From assembly GCA_934168245.1 (NCBI GenBank), contig CAKPMY010000007.1, forward strand, positions 1,834-65,833: a stretch of 64,000 nt of DNA. Reading direction: 5' to 3'. Position numbers and translations under genes: made by a program. Below, piece after piece: positions 1-9,428 of the stretch. The notes beneath the pieces are model-generated. The model did not search any database and had not been told where the DNA came from. It saw only the letters and a list, made by a program, of their open reading frames with translations. The DNA comes from an uncultured Bacilli bacterium (GTDB taxonomy: Bacteria; Bacillota_I; Bacilli_A; RF39; UBA660). The first letter of the stretch is position 1. Each line of letters begins with the position of its first letter.

Positions 1-408
1 AATATTGATAGTAGTTTAAGAATTGAGTTTTTAGGAAAAGTACAAGATAACGACAGTTCTAATAAACCAATATATAAATACACAGCGGATGTTTATTTAG
101 ACAATAATAAAATCTTAACAATTGATAATGATAATATTTATTCTGCAAATGCTGCGGCTAATTTTGAAGTGATTCGTACTAAAAAAGTTTATATTTTGAA
201 ATCATTTGTTGCTAGACAGTGTAATTCTGATAAGATTAATATTGTTACGATGAAGGGAAAAGTTTTACCAATAACAGATTCGGCGATGGATTTTGATATC
301 AATAAGAAACTTGATAAGTTTACATTAACTTTGTGTGATAGTTGTATGGACAGTAATTGTAAAATTGAAAAGTATGAAATTGTAGATGATACGATCGTAA
401 AGAAATAA
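1..408 (+). CDS. 3' fragment of a hypothetical protein; the ORF is open to the window start and the track's 79-aa ORF is its C-terminal part
   Basis: Frame 1 is open from position 1 to the TAA at 406-408. No recognisable motifs. It ends at a bidirectional terminator. Confidence 0.4.
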   Translation, partial: NIDSSLRIEFLGKVQDNDSSNKPIYKYTADVYLDNNKILTIDNDNIYSANAAANFEVIRTKKVYILKSFVARQCNSDKINIVTMKGKVLPITDSAMDFDINKKLDKFTLTLCDSCMDSNCKIEKYEIVDDTIVKK

Positions 409-413
409 GTAAA

Positions 414-446
414 AAGATGACTTGTAAGTAAGTCATCTTTTTTAAT
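414..446. terminator. Bidirectional rho-independent terminator between convergent genes
   Basis: Perfect 10-bp inverted repeat aagatgactt / aagtcatctt with a 6-nt loop, followed by a T-run on the plus strand. The minus-strand reading is also followed by a T-run. Confidence 0.6.
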
Positions 447-2736
447 TGTGATATGTATATACTTTTGCTTTTTCAGGTGTTGGAGCATTAGCCATGGCCT
501 CAACAATAGCCTCTGCTTTTTCTTCATTTGTCAGCGTATATGGTTCTTCATATTCGTAAACTTTTTGATCTGTTGCAGGAGATTTCTTTGTAGAAGTTGT
601 GGCATCTGATGTTTTTGTTGTTTCTTCTGCATTTGGATCTGGTAATGGTTGATCTGTCATATCACCAGTTGGATCTGTTGTTATGTCTTTAACTGAGTCA
701 TTTAAGTCTCCATCACTGTCTGAATGTTTATCATCAAAGTTAACATCATGGTCACCAAAGTCTTTTTCGTTTACAGTTTTGCCGTTTTTAATATCTTCAT
801 TAGCCTTATCCACTTTATCTTGGAAGTCTTTTTCATCTTGCTTTATTTGTTCTTCTTGTTCTTTTCTTTCTTGATCGGCTTTTTCTTGTTGACGTTTTGC
901 TTCTTCATCGGCTTTTTTCTCTGCATCTTGTCTTGCTTGCTCATTTTCTTTAGTTACTGTTTCATCCGCTTTTGCTTCGGCCTCTTTTACCTTTTCTAGA
1001 CCTACTACATCAATGACATGATTACGATCTGTTGTTGTTTCAGTAGTTGTTTTTGTGTAATACTCTGTTACTGTTTTTGTTGAAACTATCGTACCAGTAA
1101 AGTTTTTACCATTATAAGCAAAGGCTACATTTACTTGCTTTTTGAATCTATCTAATTGACTTATATCACGATGTGCATCATCTATTACATAGGCTTTATT
1201 TTCTTTCAATTCTTCAATTCTTTTTTCCTTCAATAAATCATAATCTATATATTCATTATTCTTTGGTGTCATTAGACTTACTAAAGCGGCTTTTTCAATT
1301 ATATCGTTGGCTCTATTGCATACACCGATATCGTTTAGGTAAGCAACTGCTTTATCTTGTAATGTTTTATCTGTTTCAAGATTTTGGAATAGAATTTCTG
1401 AAGCACTTACCATTGGTATAATAGAAAATTTATATGATTCAATACTATTTCTTGGATCACTATGAGCAATTCCTTCTTCCCTAACCTTTTCTGTTATTGG
1501 AAAGTCCTTGTATAGTTCTTGATAAAAAGCATTTACTTTTTCAACTTTAGTCTTGCCTGTTGCTTCTTTGCATGCTAGGAATAAGTCATGATATTTTTTA
1601 TAGAAGGCTTTAGCCTCATCACTACCTAAAAGTGTACTTATATCAACTTGATTTTCTCTTGTTTCAAGTACGTGAGCACCCATTAATTGTAAGGTGGCAG
1701 TCTTATAAGCATCACTTAATTCAGTAGCGTTTAATTCAGCACCATTAAAGATTTCAATTAAATCGGCCTTTTTATAATCATTATATACAAGAGCCATTGA
1801 GATTACTTCATCCCAAGAAAGTGCGGCTTTTATATCTTTTCCTTTTTCAACAAAAGCATTGGCAAATTTAATGTTAAAGTTATTTAGTGTGGCACTTATA
1901 TTAGTCATAACTTTTTGTTGTGTCTCACTCTTTGATAATTTTAACATTCCAGCAAAACTTGTAGTTTCTTTTATTAAATCATCTGTATTGTATTCTTGAT
2001 CGGCAGTAGCAACAATTGGCTTAACTGGATCGTCGGTATTTCTTTGAGTTTTACCATTAGCACATCCTGGAATAAATAATATGGCTACAGCAGTTGCTAC
2101 AGCGGCAACTCTTCTTGCTATTTTACCTAGGAATGTCTTTTTAAAGAATTTTTTAATTGGGCCATCTTCTTTTTGTGGTTTTGTGGTCTTTTCTTTTTCT
2201 TTTTGTTCTCTATAGGCTGCATATTTTGCTTGTAGTTTACTTACTAATTTTACTCCAGTTATGGTTTTAAGGAAGTTCATAAATCTTTCTTTTTTATTTG
2301 TAGTTTCTTCTTCGTATTCTTCCTCTTCTTCGTACTCATCTTCTTGTGCTGCTCTTTGAGCCTTTTTCGCCTTATGTTTAGCTCTTATTTTGTTTATTAA
2401 ATTTACTCCAGTTATAGTTTTTAAGAAATTCTTAAATGAGCCTTTTTTGGTTTCTTCTGGTTCTTCTAGATAGATTTCGTCTTTTGTTCTAAACTCTTGG
2501 AATCTCTTTTCAAACTCTCTACCTGATACTCTATAGACATAACGTTCATCTATAATGTCAGCAAATTCTTCTGGACTTATACCTTTGGCATTCATTAGAA
2601 CTTTGATATTTTCTAAACCTTCGGCTTCATCAGTATTTTTGACTGTACCATCAGTATAGAAAATACAGGCTTGTGTTCTTTTTCCAGTTTCGCTATCAAA
2701 GGTATAAAAGACTATATTTTTAATTTCCTTTTTCAT
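442..2736 (-). CDS. Membrane-anchored surface protein. An N-terminal ~200-aa cytoplasmic region carries two copies of a FLKTITGV(N/K)L motif plus acidic EEEEYEEE runs. A single TM follows (RRVAAVATAVAILFIPGC, possibly a lipobox), then a large extracellular domain and a charged K/E/D-rich coiled-coil tail.
   Basis: ATG at 2736 is preceded by AGGGGGAAAA. Hydrophobic segment at about residues 215-235. Internal ~150-nt duplication at about 2250-2450. Low-complexity charged C-terminus. Confidence 0.55.
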   Translation of the reverse strand: MKKEIKNIVFYTFDSETGKRTQACIFYTDGTVKNTDEAEGLENIKVLMNAKGISPEEFADIIDERYVYRVSGREFEKRFQEFRTKDEIYLEEPEETKKGSFKNFLKTITGVNLINKIRAKHKAKKAQRAAQEDEYEEEEEYEEETTNKKERFMNFLKTITGVKLVSKLQAKYAAYREQKEKEKTTKPQKEDGPIKKFFKKTFLGKIARRVAAVATAVAILFIPGCANGKTQRNTDDPVKPIVATADQEYNTDDLIKETTSFAGMLKLSKSETQQKVMTNISATLNNFNIKFANAFVEKGKDIKAALSWDEVISMALVYNDYKKADLIEIFNGAELNATELSDAYKTATLQLMGAHVLETRENQVDISTLLGSDEAKAFYKKYHDLFLACKEATGKTKVEKVNAFYQELYKDFPITEKVREEGIAHSDPRNSIESYKFSIIPMVSASEILFQNLETDKTLQDKAVAYLNDIGVCNRANDIIEKAALVSLMTPKNNEYIDYDLLKEKRIEELKENKAYVIDDAHRDISQLDRFKKQVNVAFAYNGKNFTGTIVSTKTVTEYYTKTTTETTTDRNHVIDVVGLEKVKEAEAKADETVTKENEQARQDAEKKADEEAKRQQEKADQERKEQEEQIKQDEKDFQDKVDKANEDIKNGKTVNEKDFGDHDVNFDDKHSDSDGDLNDSVKDITTDPTGDMTDQPLPDPNAEETTKTSDATTSTKKSPATDQKVYEYEEPYTLTNEEKAEAIVEAMANAPTPEKAKVYTYHN

Positions 2737-2755
2737 TTTATTTTCCCCCTTATGT

Positions 2756-4486
2756 TTACTTTAACTTTTTATTACCAGTATAGTACCAGTTGTTATTTAA
2801 TAGAGTTGTATCATTGTAGTAACTCCACTTCTTCTCAGTTGTTCCTGTTGATGTTAATTTTCTTGTTCTATCACTTGAGTAGCATACTGTTCCATATAAT
2901 GGTTCAGTTCTAGTTGCTATTTCTGTTTTGGTGATATTTCTATATACATAAACTGTCTTTGTAGTGTAACCGCCACAAGTTGCTGTTACTGATGAACTTG
3001 AACTAGTTGGTGCTTCAGTAGTTGATGTTACTTTTGACATGCTTCCTGTATATGTATATTTGTCATAATAATAGTTTGGTAAAGTTGTACAAGTATCTGA
3101 ACAATAACTGTAATCAGCGCCAACAAATTCATAATGTGTATTTTCTGTATCTCTTGGTGGATTAGCATATGAACCTCTGCCATTGTAAGACCAACCGTCT
3201 ACTGATGATTGTGTTCCTGATGTTATTGTTGTTACGTTGGTATATGTTTTTGTTACAGCATATGTCACGTTGTTAATGATTACATATGTGTAATTTGTAC
3301 ATGTTTTGGCAGAATATGATGATGCTTCGATTTGAGTACTACGTTCTTTGATGTACTCTTTTTCATGAGTTCCTATTTTTTCTTTACGATTATATAGTTT
3401 TACTTCTCTTAAACAGTTTATATCGCTAGCAGCACATGTTATGGCTTTAGTACTACAACTGGTTTCAGTCCAGTTAGCCCATTTTGTCCAACTACTGAAT
3501 GTTGCATTTGTAGTTCTTGCATACTCGTATAAATATTCTTTAGTTTTACAACTGTCTTCATAAGCATTTTTATCTACGATATTACCGTTTTTGTCATAGT
3601 ATTTACCATTAACAATTTCACAGTAATGTTTTTCTTCTGGTTTACTAGTACATTCATTTTCGTAAGTTTCTTTAGTTACGACAGTTCCGTCTTTGCCATA
3701 GTATTTGTCATTTACGATAGCACAATAATGCTTTTCTTCTGGTTTACTAGTACATTCATTTTCATAAGTTTCCTTACTTACAACAGTTCCTGCTTTACCA
3801 TAATATTTGTCATTTACGATAGCACAATAGTGTTTTTCTTCAGGTTTAGTAATACATTCGTTTTCGTAAGCATCTTTGTTAACTACATTTCCATATTTGC
3901 CATAATACTTTCCGTTAGCAATTTTACAATAGTATTTTTTTACTACTGGAGTATCTGGTGTAATAGTAGTTCCTTTTATTACTATGTTCTCAGACTTTTT
4001 CTCACATATATTACCTTTACAATATGTGTAGCAACCTAAATGAACTAAAATATAGTCTTCTTTTTCACTATCTTTGATATTTACCTTTAGGATGTATTCA
4101 TTTTCAGCTTTAGTTATTTTTACGTAACTTGCCTCAACGTCTACTGGTTTATTATTTTTGTCTATCAATGGTGTGATTATTTTTAGACCGATCATTTCAC
4201 TTAAGGTCATCTTTTTAAATTCGCCTTCTTCTTGAGGAAGACGTTCGTCTGTATAGTAAGAAATGGCTGCTTCTTTCATCTTGTTTAAGTTATCAGAGAA
4301 AATTTGTGATGTTAAAGCATTTATCTCACTACTACTTACGTTACTTTCTTTGATATTTTTATTGATTGTTGGTGCAATGAACTTTGGTAATAGCCAAACT
4401 AATAAAAATACAAAGATGATTATTAAAATTAACTTTAATAAGAAGTTTCTGAATGGGAAACCTCTATTTTCGTATTCTTCATACAT
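2756..4486 (-). CDS. Signal-anchored secreted/surface protein with four tandem 33-aa Cys-containing repeats (YYGKxGxVVxKxxYENECxxKPEEKHYCAIVNDK) and a Cys/Thr/Tyr-rich C-terminal domain
   Basis: ATG at 4484-86 with AGGGGG RBS. N-terminal TM LLKLILIIIFVFLLVWLL. Obvious protein repeats encoded by 99-bp DNA repeats. Confidence 0.6.
   Translation of the reverse strand: MYEEYENRGFPFRNFLLKLILIIIFVFLLVWLLPKFIAPTINKNIKESNVSSSEINALTSQIFSDNLNKMKEAAISYYTDERLPQEEGEFKKMTLSEMIGLKIITPLIDKNNKPVDVEASYVKITKAENEYILKVNIKDSEKEDYILVHLGCYTYCKGNICEKKSENIVIKGTTITPDTPVVKKYYCKIANGKYYGKYGNVVNKDAYENECITKPEEKHYCAIVNDKYYGKAGTVVSKETYENECTSKPEEKHYCAIVNDKYYGKDGTVVTKETYENECTSKPEEKHYCEIVNGKYYDKNGNIVDKNAYEDSCKTKEYLYEYARTTNATFSSWTKWANWTETSCSTKAITCAASDINCLREVKLYNRKEKIGTHEKEYIKERSTQIEASSYSAKTCTNYTYVIINNVTYAVTKTYTNVTTITSGTQSSVDGWSYNGRGSYANPPRDTENTHYEFVGADYSYCSDTCTTLPNYYYDKYTYTGSMSKVTSTTEAPTSSSSSVTATCGGYTTKTVYVYRNITKTEIATRTEPLYGTVCYSSDRTRKLTSTGTTEKKWSYYNDTTLLNNNWYYTGNKKLK
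3560..3990. repeat. Tandem ~99-102 bp repeats (about 4 copies, ~85-90% identical) inside the surface-protein gene
   Basis: Repeated unit tatttgtcatttacgatagcacaataatg...ttcttctggtttactagtacattcattttc visible starting near 3600, 3701, 3803 and 3905, with partial copies at the edges. Confidence 0.7.
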
Positions 4487-4540
4487 ATATATGCCCCCTG
4501 TCTCTATGCCTTACTATTCTAGCATGATGTGGGGTTTTTG

Positions 4541-4801
4541 TCAATTTTTTTGTTTTAATTCGACAATGGTTGTTCCGGTATTAAAATTATCTAATTTGTA
4601 GGATAAAACATACTTGTTATGCTTCAATGTTTCTTGAGTGGTTTTTTTTAAAATTCCTGTGCCATTTCCATGAATTATTAGAACTGTTTTATTATGAAGA
4701 TTGTAATTATCTTCGATAAATTCATTAATTAAAATACGTGAATAGTCGCGATCTAGACCATGAAGGTCTATTTGAGGTAAGTAACTAGATAATATTGTCA
4801 T
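4541..4801 (-). CDS. Smr-domain protein (small MutS-related nuclease domain)
   Basis: Motif LPQIDLHGLDRDY...LIIHGNGTGILKK is typical of Smr domains. ATG at 4799-4801 with AAGAGGTG RBS. Its start overlaps the 3' end of the upstream pfkB-family gene. Confidence 0.55.
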   Translation of the reverse strand: MTILSSYLPQIDLHGLDRDYSRILINEFIEDNYNLHNKTVLIIHGNGTGILKKTTQETLKHNKYVLSYKLDNFNTGTTIVELKQKN

Positions 4802-5681
4802 ATTCTAACACCTCTTTTAATTCTGGAACTGAATACCTAGCCCCTATTTTAGTAACTGATAAGGCCCCTGTTATTGAGGCATAATGTATTGAGTCAAGTA
4901 AGGAATAACCATTACTTATAAAGTAGGCAAAGGAACCATGGAAGATGTCACCAGCACCAGTTGAGTCAATAGCAGTTACTTTTATGCTTGGAATTTGAGT
5001 ACAAATTCCTGCAATTTCGGTAAAACTTCCGTAAGATTCCAAGGTGATTATGATATTTGTTTTGAAGTATTCTTTTAATTTGAAATAGCAAGTCTTTACA
5101 GTATCAATGTTTTGATAATCTATTTTAGTATTTGAAAACTTTTCGGCAAATTCATGAGAACAAACTAAATAAGTAACTAATTTTCCTAGTTCTAAATTAT
5201 CGTCATTAAGACGGCTGGCATCGAAAACACTTATAGCCGTAGGATTTTCTTTTAAGACTTCTTTGGCTGTTTCAGGATGTTCACCGTCTATCAAGATTAC
5301 TTCGGCTTGAAGTTTTTCTGGAATGTTTAAGTTTCTTATGGGAGTGGCTTTTGATGTTACAATTGTTCTACTACCATTTGCCATATTAGCAAAAATATAA
5401 CTGCAAGAAGTCTTATGAGTTGGTATCTTTTCAAGATAGGTAGTGTTGGCTCCTACTTTTTTAAATTCATCAATTATTCTATCGGCTTGGTAGTCAGCAC
5501 CAAGGGCTGATATTACAGTTGTATCTACTCCCCATTTGGCTAAAACATAGGCTCCATTTGGACCAGAACCACCACCACATTCTACATGATATGGTATACG
5601 ATATTTATCATTTTCTACTGGATAATCAGTCATTGGAAGTGTTGTATCAAAAGTTGAGTGCCCTATACAAATTGCTTTCAT
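4785..5681 (-). CDS. PfkB-family carbohydrate/nucleoside kinase (ribokinase-like)
   Basis: C-terminal DSTGAGDIFHGSFAY anion-hole motif of the PfkB family. The track start at 5714 is a TTG. The in-frame ATG at 5681 (MKAICIGHS) has a GAGGGTGA RBS and fits the family N-terminus. Confidence 0.75.
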   Translation of the reverse strand: MKAICIGHSTFDTTLPMTDYPVENDKYRIPYHVECGGGSGPNGAYVLAKWGVDTTVISALGADYQADRIIDEFKKVGANTTYLEKIPTHKTSCSYIFANMANGSRTIVTSKATPIRNLNIPEKLQAEVILIDGEHPETAKEVLKENPTAISVFDASRLNDDNLELGKLVTYLVCSHEFAEKFSNTKIDYQNIDTVKTCYFKLKEYFKTNIIITLESYGSFTEIAGICTQIPSIKVTAIDSTGAGDIFHGSFAYFISNGYSLLDSIHYASITGALSVTKIGARYSVPELKEVLEYDNII

Positions 5682-5809
5682 TTTTTCACCCTCTATTCCT
5701 ATATAGTATATCAAAAGTTAGGAGAACTTTAAAGTAGTTGAGACGGTTTTGTATGGAAAAAAGCGACATGGCATTTTTACTTGTAAAGATGGACTTTTTA
5801 GAAAATATG

Positions 5810-5818
5810 TGGTATAAT
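5810..5818 (+). promoter_or_regulatory. Extended -10 promoter element (TGgTATAAT) for the + strand gene at 5845
   Basis: TG at 5810-11 followed by TATAAT at 5813-5818, about 27 nt upstream of the ATG. It lies in a divergent intergenic region. Confidence 0.4.
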
Positions 5819-5844
5819 ACGGTGCTTATGAAAGGGGTAATAAT

Positions 5845-6795
5845 ATGGATGAGTTGTTTTTAAAGTGTTATCGATTAGTACTTGAGAATATACGTGATAG
5901 AGTTCCTTTTGAAGCAATTTCTCTACTGAGTATTTCAGTTCTTGCTTTATATCTAGTTGATAAAGAGATAGTTTTAGAAAAAATGCCTAGTATAATACAA
6001 AATACGTGGATTAAAATTGAAAGGAAGTCAATCATAGAGCAAGTGCGTGAGGTTGGTATAAAAGATGAGGCTTGCTTTTCTCGAATTAATGGGGCGGTTT
6101 CTACTGTACTTTGTCATGATGAGTTTGGTAATCCTGCCGCGGGAAAAATTCTTTTTGTACCTTTAGATTATAGTAAAAAGAGATTAGAGATTATTAATAC
6201 TATAGTTCATGAACTTACACATTTGTTAAGGGAGCAAAAACCAGTTCTTGATGGGGAAATATTTACTTTGCAAGGTGGAGTTTCTATGAGCCGATACAAT
6301 ACTCGTACTGAAGTTTCTGAGAATGAGTTTCATTGGTTTGAAGATGCTATTGTTGAACATCATGTAAAAAAGGCTATCGATGCGTTGATGAGTTTTTTAG
6401 AAAATGATACCGATAAGACCAATTGTCTTATGGTTTTAGATGGTGGCAAAGAAACGTATAAAGACATTGAAAATATTTCATATAGTTTTTTTAATATAAC
6501 TATGGATGTTTTGAATGAGGATGATAACTTTAAGAAGATTATTGATGATTCTTTTCAAGGACAATATGTAGGTGGTAGGTTAAGTAAATATTTTAATGAA
6601 GTAATGGCCGGAGAGGTGACCTTTTCGGAATATGCTTCACTTTTCGATCAACTAGGGGAAGCATTAGCAGCAAACAATCCTACTCCTATGGAAGGATTAT
6701 TTAAAAAGATTGGAGATATTACAAGAGATTTTTATTTTAGGACAGGCGCCAATGAAAAAAGAGGAATTAAAAGACCTTATGAAAAGGTTGAGTAA
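5845..6795 (+). CDS. Hypothetical protein with HExxH motif (IVHELTHLL); possible zinc-metallopeptidase-like (ImmA/IrrE-like) fold
   Basis: ATG with AAAGGGG RBS. Single HExxH. No TM. No other recognisable motif. Confidence 0.5.
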   Translation: MDELFLKCYRLVLENIRDRVPFEAISLLSISVLALYLVDKEIVLEKMPSIIQNTWIKIERKSIIEQVREVGIKDEACFSRINGAVSTVLCHDEFGNPAAGKILFVPLDYSKKRLEIINTIVHELTHLLREQKPVLDGEIFTLQGGVSMSRYNTRTEVSENEFHWFEDAIVEHHVKKAIDALMSFLENDTDKTNCLMVLDGGKETYKDIENISYSFFNITMDVLNEDDNFKKIIDDSFQGQYVGGRLSKYFNEVMAGEVTFSEYASLFDQLGEALAANNPTPMEGLFKKIGDITRDFYFRTGANEKRGIKRPYEKVE

Positions 6796-6805
6796 TTTCT
6801 CTTTT

Positions 6806-7243
6806 TTATTTAGTAATAGTTTCCAATAAATTAATGTCTACAATATTTCCATTTTCGTATTTGGTTAAGGCTTCTATTATTAAAGTCTTGGCTCTTAGGC
6901 AATCCTGCATATTTTTTAGTTCTTCTAGTGAGTACCAAGCAACATCTAGGATCTCTTTTTTATCATAGTTAATTGAACCGTTAATAATTTTAGCACTAAA
7001 TATTATACTTAGCCAGTTATCAGTTTCTGTTACTTTATTACTTAATTGAATTAGTCCAGTTAAGTCGACAGTGTAACCGGTTTCTTCTAAAATCTCACGT
7101 TTAGTGCCTTCAATAATTGTTTCATTATCTTCTAAGTGACCAGCGGGAATATTCCATTTTCCTTGACATTTTTCTTTGGCTTCTTGAACTAATAAATATT
7201 TACCGTTTTGTTCAATGATTCCCCCTACTAGTATTTTTGGCAT
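6806..7243 (-). CDS. NUDIX hydrolase
   Basis: Nudix box GHLEDNETIIEGTKREILEETGY (GX5EX7REUXEEXGU). GGAGG RBS. Confidence 0.8.
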   Translation of the reverse strand: MPKILVGGIIEQNGKYLLVQEAKEKCQGKWNIPAGHLEDNETIIEGTKREILEETGYTVDLTGLIQLSNKVTETDNWLSIIFSAKIINGSINYDKKEILDVAWYSLEELKNMQDCLRAKTLIIEALTKYENGNIVDINLLETITK

Positions 7244-7291
7244 AGTTATCCTCCTAAAGTATTTTATAAAGATTGGACTTTGTCTTGTAAT

Positions 7292-8062
7292 TTACTTGAA
7301 TGTATTTACAATAAATTTTGTTGTGACGGCTACGGCTTCTTGAAGAGCCTTTTCATTGTTTCTAAAAGTATGTTCTCCATCTTTTATTAGTTTTAAAGTT
7401 GGTGTTTGACATTTTTTAGAGACTTTTACCGATAATTCATAAGGAACTGTTTTATCGGCTGTACCATGAACAAATAAGATTGGTAAGGACAATTGTTCTA
7501 GATTTTCATAAGGTTTTAGGCTATATACTTCATCAAATAGTTTTAGGCCATAATTTACTTTAGTACCATTATTTTTTTCTCTTGTATAAAAGCCCTCTTT
7601 TTTGGCTATTTCATATCCTTCTTTGGTAAAAGCCTTATTAGATGGATCTTGATAATCTAGAACACCATACCAAGATACTAGTCCTTTTATATTTGAATAG
7701 TCTTTATAATTTAATAAAGATATAATACTGGCTCCAAAACTAGCACCTAAAATGATAAATTCATTATAATTTAGACTTTGTAGTAAGGAAATGGTACTTT
7801 TCAAATCTTCTATTTCACCAGAAATAGTCATTTCATAATCTTTTCCTGTACTTTCACCGTGAGAGCGAAAGTCAAATCTAAAAGTATTTATTTTGTTTTG
7901 TAATAGACTTAAAACTAAGGCATCAAAAGCACCATTTTCAGATTTATTGCCACCTAGCCCGTGACATAAGATTACAATTTTTTTATTACTATTTGGTCTT
8001 GATAGTAAACCTTTTAAAAGTACGTTGTTGGTACTTCGATATTCTATTTTTTCTTCATTCAT
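7292..8062 (-). CDS. Alpha/beta-fold hydrolase (esterase/lipase or peptidase S9-like)
   Basis: GASFG nucleophile elbow (GxSxG), HGLGG oxyanion region, and C-terminal VHGTAD...GEH consistent with an Asp/His triad. The track start at 8071 is GTG. The in-frame ATG at 8062 has an AAGGTGA RBS. Confidence 0.7.
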   Translation of the reverse strand: MNEEKIEYRSTNNVLLKGLLSRPNSNKKIVILCHGLGGNKSENGAFDALVLSLLQNKINTFRFDFRSHGESTGKDYEMTISGEIEDLKSTISLLQSLNYNEFIILGASFGASIISLLNYKDYSNIKGLVSWYGVLDYQDPSNKAFTKEGYEIAKKEGFYTREKNNGTKVNYGLKLFDEVYSLKPYENLEQLSLPILFVHGTADKTVPYELSVKVSKKCQTPTLKLIKDGEHTFRNNEKALQEAVAVTTKFIVNTFK

Positions 8063-8103
8063 TTTTATCACCTTACTATTATGTTTTTATACTAATTTTT
8101 TTA

Positions 8104-8538
8104 TTACTTTTTGGGTAGTGATTTAATTTTTACCTTTGCCCGTTCATGGACTGGCTCTTCTTTTGAAAGGTATAAATCTTGAGGCATATTAGCAATATAG
8201 TTTAATTCGTATAATAAACCTTTATCCGCACTTATGAAACTTTCTCTGGCGGATAGTGACCAAGTACCATCTCTAAGAATGTATGCTGAGAGCATGTAAT
8301 AACTTGGATCAACTACTTTTATTCTCTTTAATACGATTTTTTTATTTTCTTGCTGGTACTTTTCTAGAGGTAGTAAAGCAAGATGAGAAATGTTTTTTAC
8401 TGGTATTTCTTCTTGGTAAGAAATAGTTCCATCTGTTGTTAGTTGAATAAGAGCAATAGGCCTTTCATTGTCGTTTACAGTTACAGTTTCTACTTCTACA
8501 CATTTTGTTGAGTCTTTTTTAAATTTTTTATAAAACAT
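8104..8538 (-). CDS. Hypothetical protein
   Basis: ORF with AAAGGAGAG RBS. No recognised motifs. Confidence 0.45.
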   Translation of the reverse strand: MFYKKFKKDSTKCVEVETVTVNDNERPIALIQLTTDGTISYQEEIPVKNISHLALLPLEKYQQENKKIVLKRIKVVDPSYYMLSAYILRDGTWSLSARESFISADKGLLYELNYIANMPQDLYLSKEEPVHERAKVKIKSLPKK

Positions 8539-8712
8539 ATTATACTCTCTCCTTTTTGGTTTAAACTCTTAAGTATAGCATAACATATTTTAGAAGTTTT
8601 GTGATAGCAGGAGTTGTTTTTTCAAAAAGAAAAAGACTAAAATTTAGCCCTTTAATTATAGAATGCAACTTATTTTAAGCCTTTTCTTGGTTTTGAATGA
8701 GATTTGGTTTTT

Positions 8713-9276
8713 TTAAGAATAATATGTATTGCCTGATGAGTCCTTTTTAGCGACGGTTCCATCGGCAAAGGTTTCATCTCCTTTATAGTTAGTCGTACTA
8801 GAAGTTATATTTCCATCTTTATCCGTATAGGTGGTAACACCTAAGCCATTACTGTAGCCTGTTGCTGCATAATTACCTACTTCATCGGTAAATGTTTGCT
8901 GCCCAAAACCATTATCAATAGATGCTCCAATCATATTACCTTCTTCATCGTAGTACGACGTTTTGCCAGATACATCTGTAAAGGCACGAGCTGGTTTTCT
9001 TTTCTCTTTCTTTTTTGCCTTTTCTTTAGCAAGGTCATCATTAATTGAATTTTGATAGACAGCACTACTTGGGGAAGGCTTTCCTGAGTAACTAGTAACT
9101 TCAAAAGTATTTCTAAAGAATTTATAGATTAAAAGTGCAATTCCACAAGTTGCAACTGTTGGGACAACAAGTAAAATGGCAGTTATGGGCTTTATTGGCT
9201 GACAAACTTTTTTAATTAAAAAATATACTCCTAATGATATTATGGCTACTATGATAATTATAATTACGGAACTCAT
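8713..9276 (-). CDS. Membrane-anchored protein with short T-x-YTD-x-DGN-type repeats (YD-like) in an extracellular tail
   Basis: Two N-terminal TM segments. The C-terminus has repeated TSYYDEEGN / TTYTDKDGN / TFADGT motifs. AGAGGTGA RBS. Confidence 0.5.
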   Translation of the reverse strand: MSSVIIIIIVAIISLGVYFLIKKVCQPIKPITAILLVVPTVATCGIALLIYKFFRNTFEVTSYSGKPSPSSAVYQNSINDDLAKEKAKKKEKRKPARAFTDVSGKTSYYDEEGNMIGASIDNGFGQQTFTDEVGNYAATGYSNGLGVTTYTDKDGNITSSTTNYKGDETFADGTVAKKDSSGNTYYS

Positions 9277-9359
9277 TTTATCACCTCTATTATAGAGTAT
9301 AACAGAACTTTTAGATTATTTCTAGATGTCATTGTTGGGGGATTAGAAATTGCTGGTAT

Positions 9360-9396
9360 TTTTTTCGAAAAGAAAACTCTATCAACGGATAGAGTT
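9360..9396 (-). terminator. Rho-independent terminator downstream of ppdK
   Basis: Inverted repeat aactctatc-aacg-gatagagtt followed on the minus strand by a T-rich run. Confidence 0.55.
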
Positions 9397-9428
9397 ATTC
9401 TATATTTTTGCATTCTTTTATGGAAAGA

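Noticed and set aside
169-408. 79-aa ORF treated as a stand-alone small gene
   Set aside because: The same frame is open back to position 1 with no stop, so it is the 3' end of a longer gene cut by the window.
724-999. Numerous antisense or embedded ORFs inside the long CDSs, for example 683-874, 724-999, 3626-4039, 13290-13529, 23504-23944 and 54761-55036
   Set aside because: Low-complexity, Phe/Leu/Ser-rich translations of the AT-rich opposite strand of well-supported genes. No RBS and no motifs, so they are spurious.
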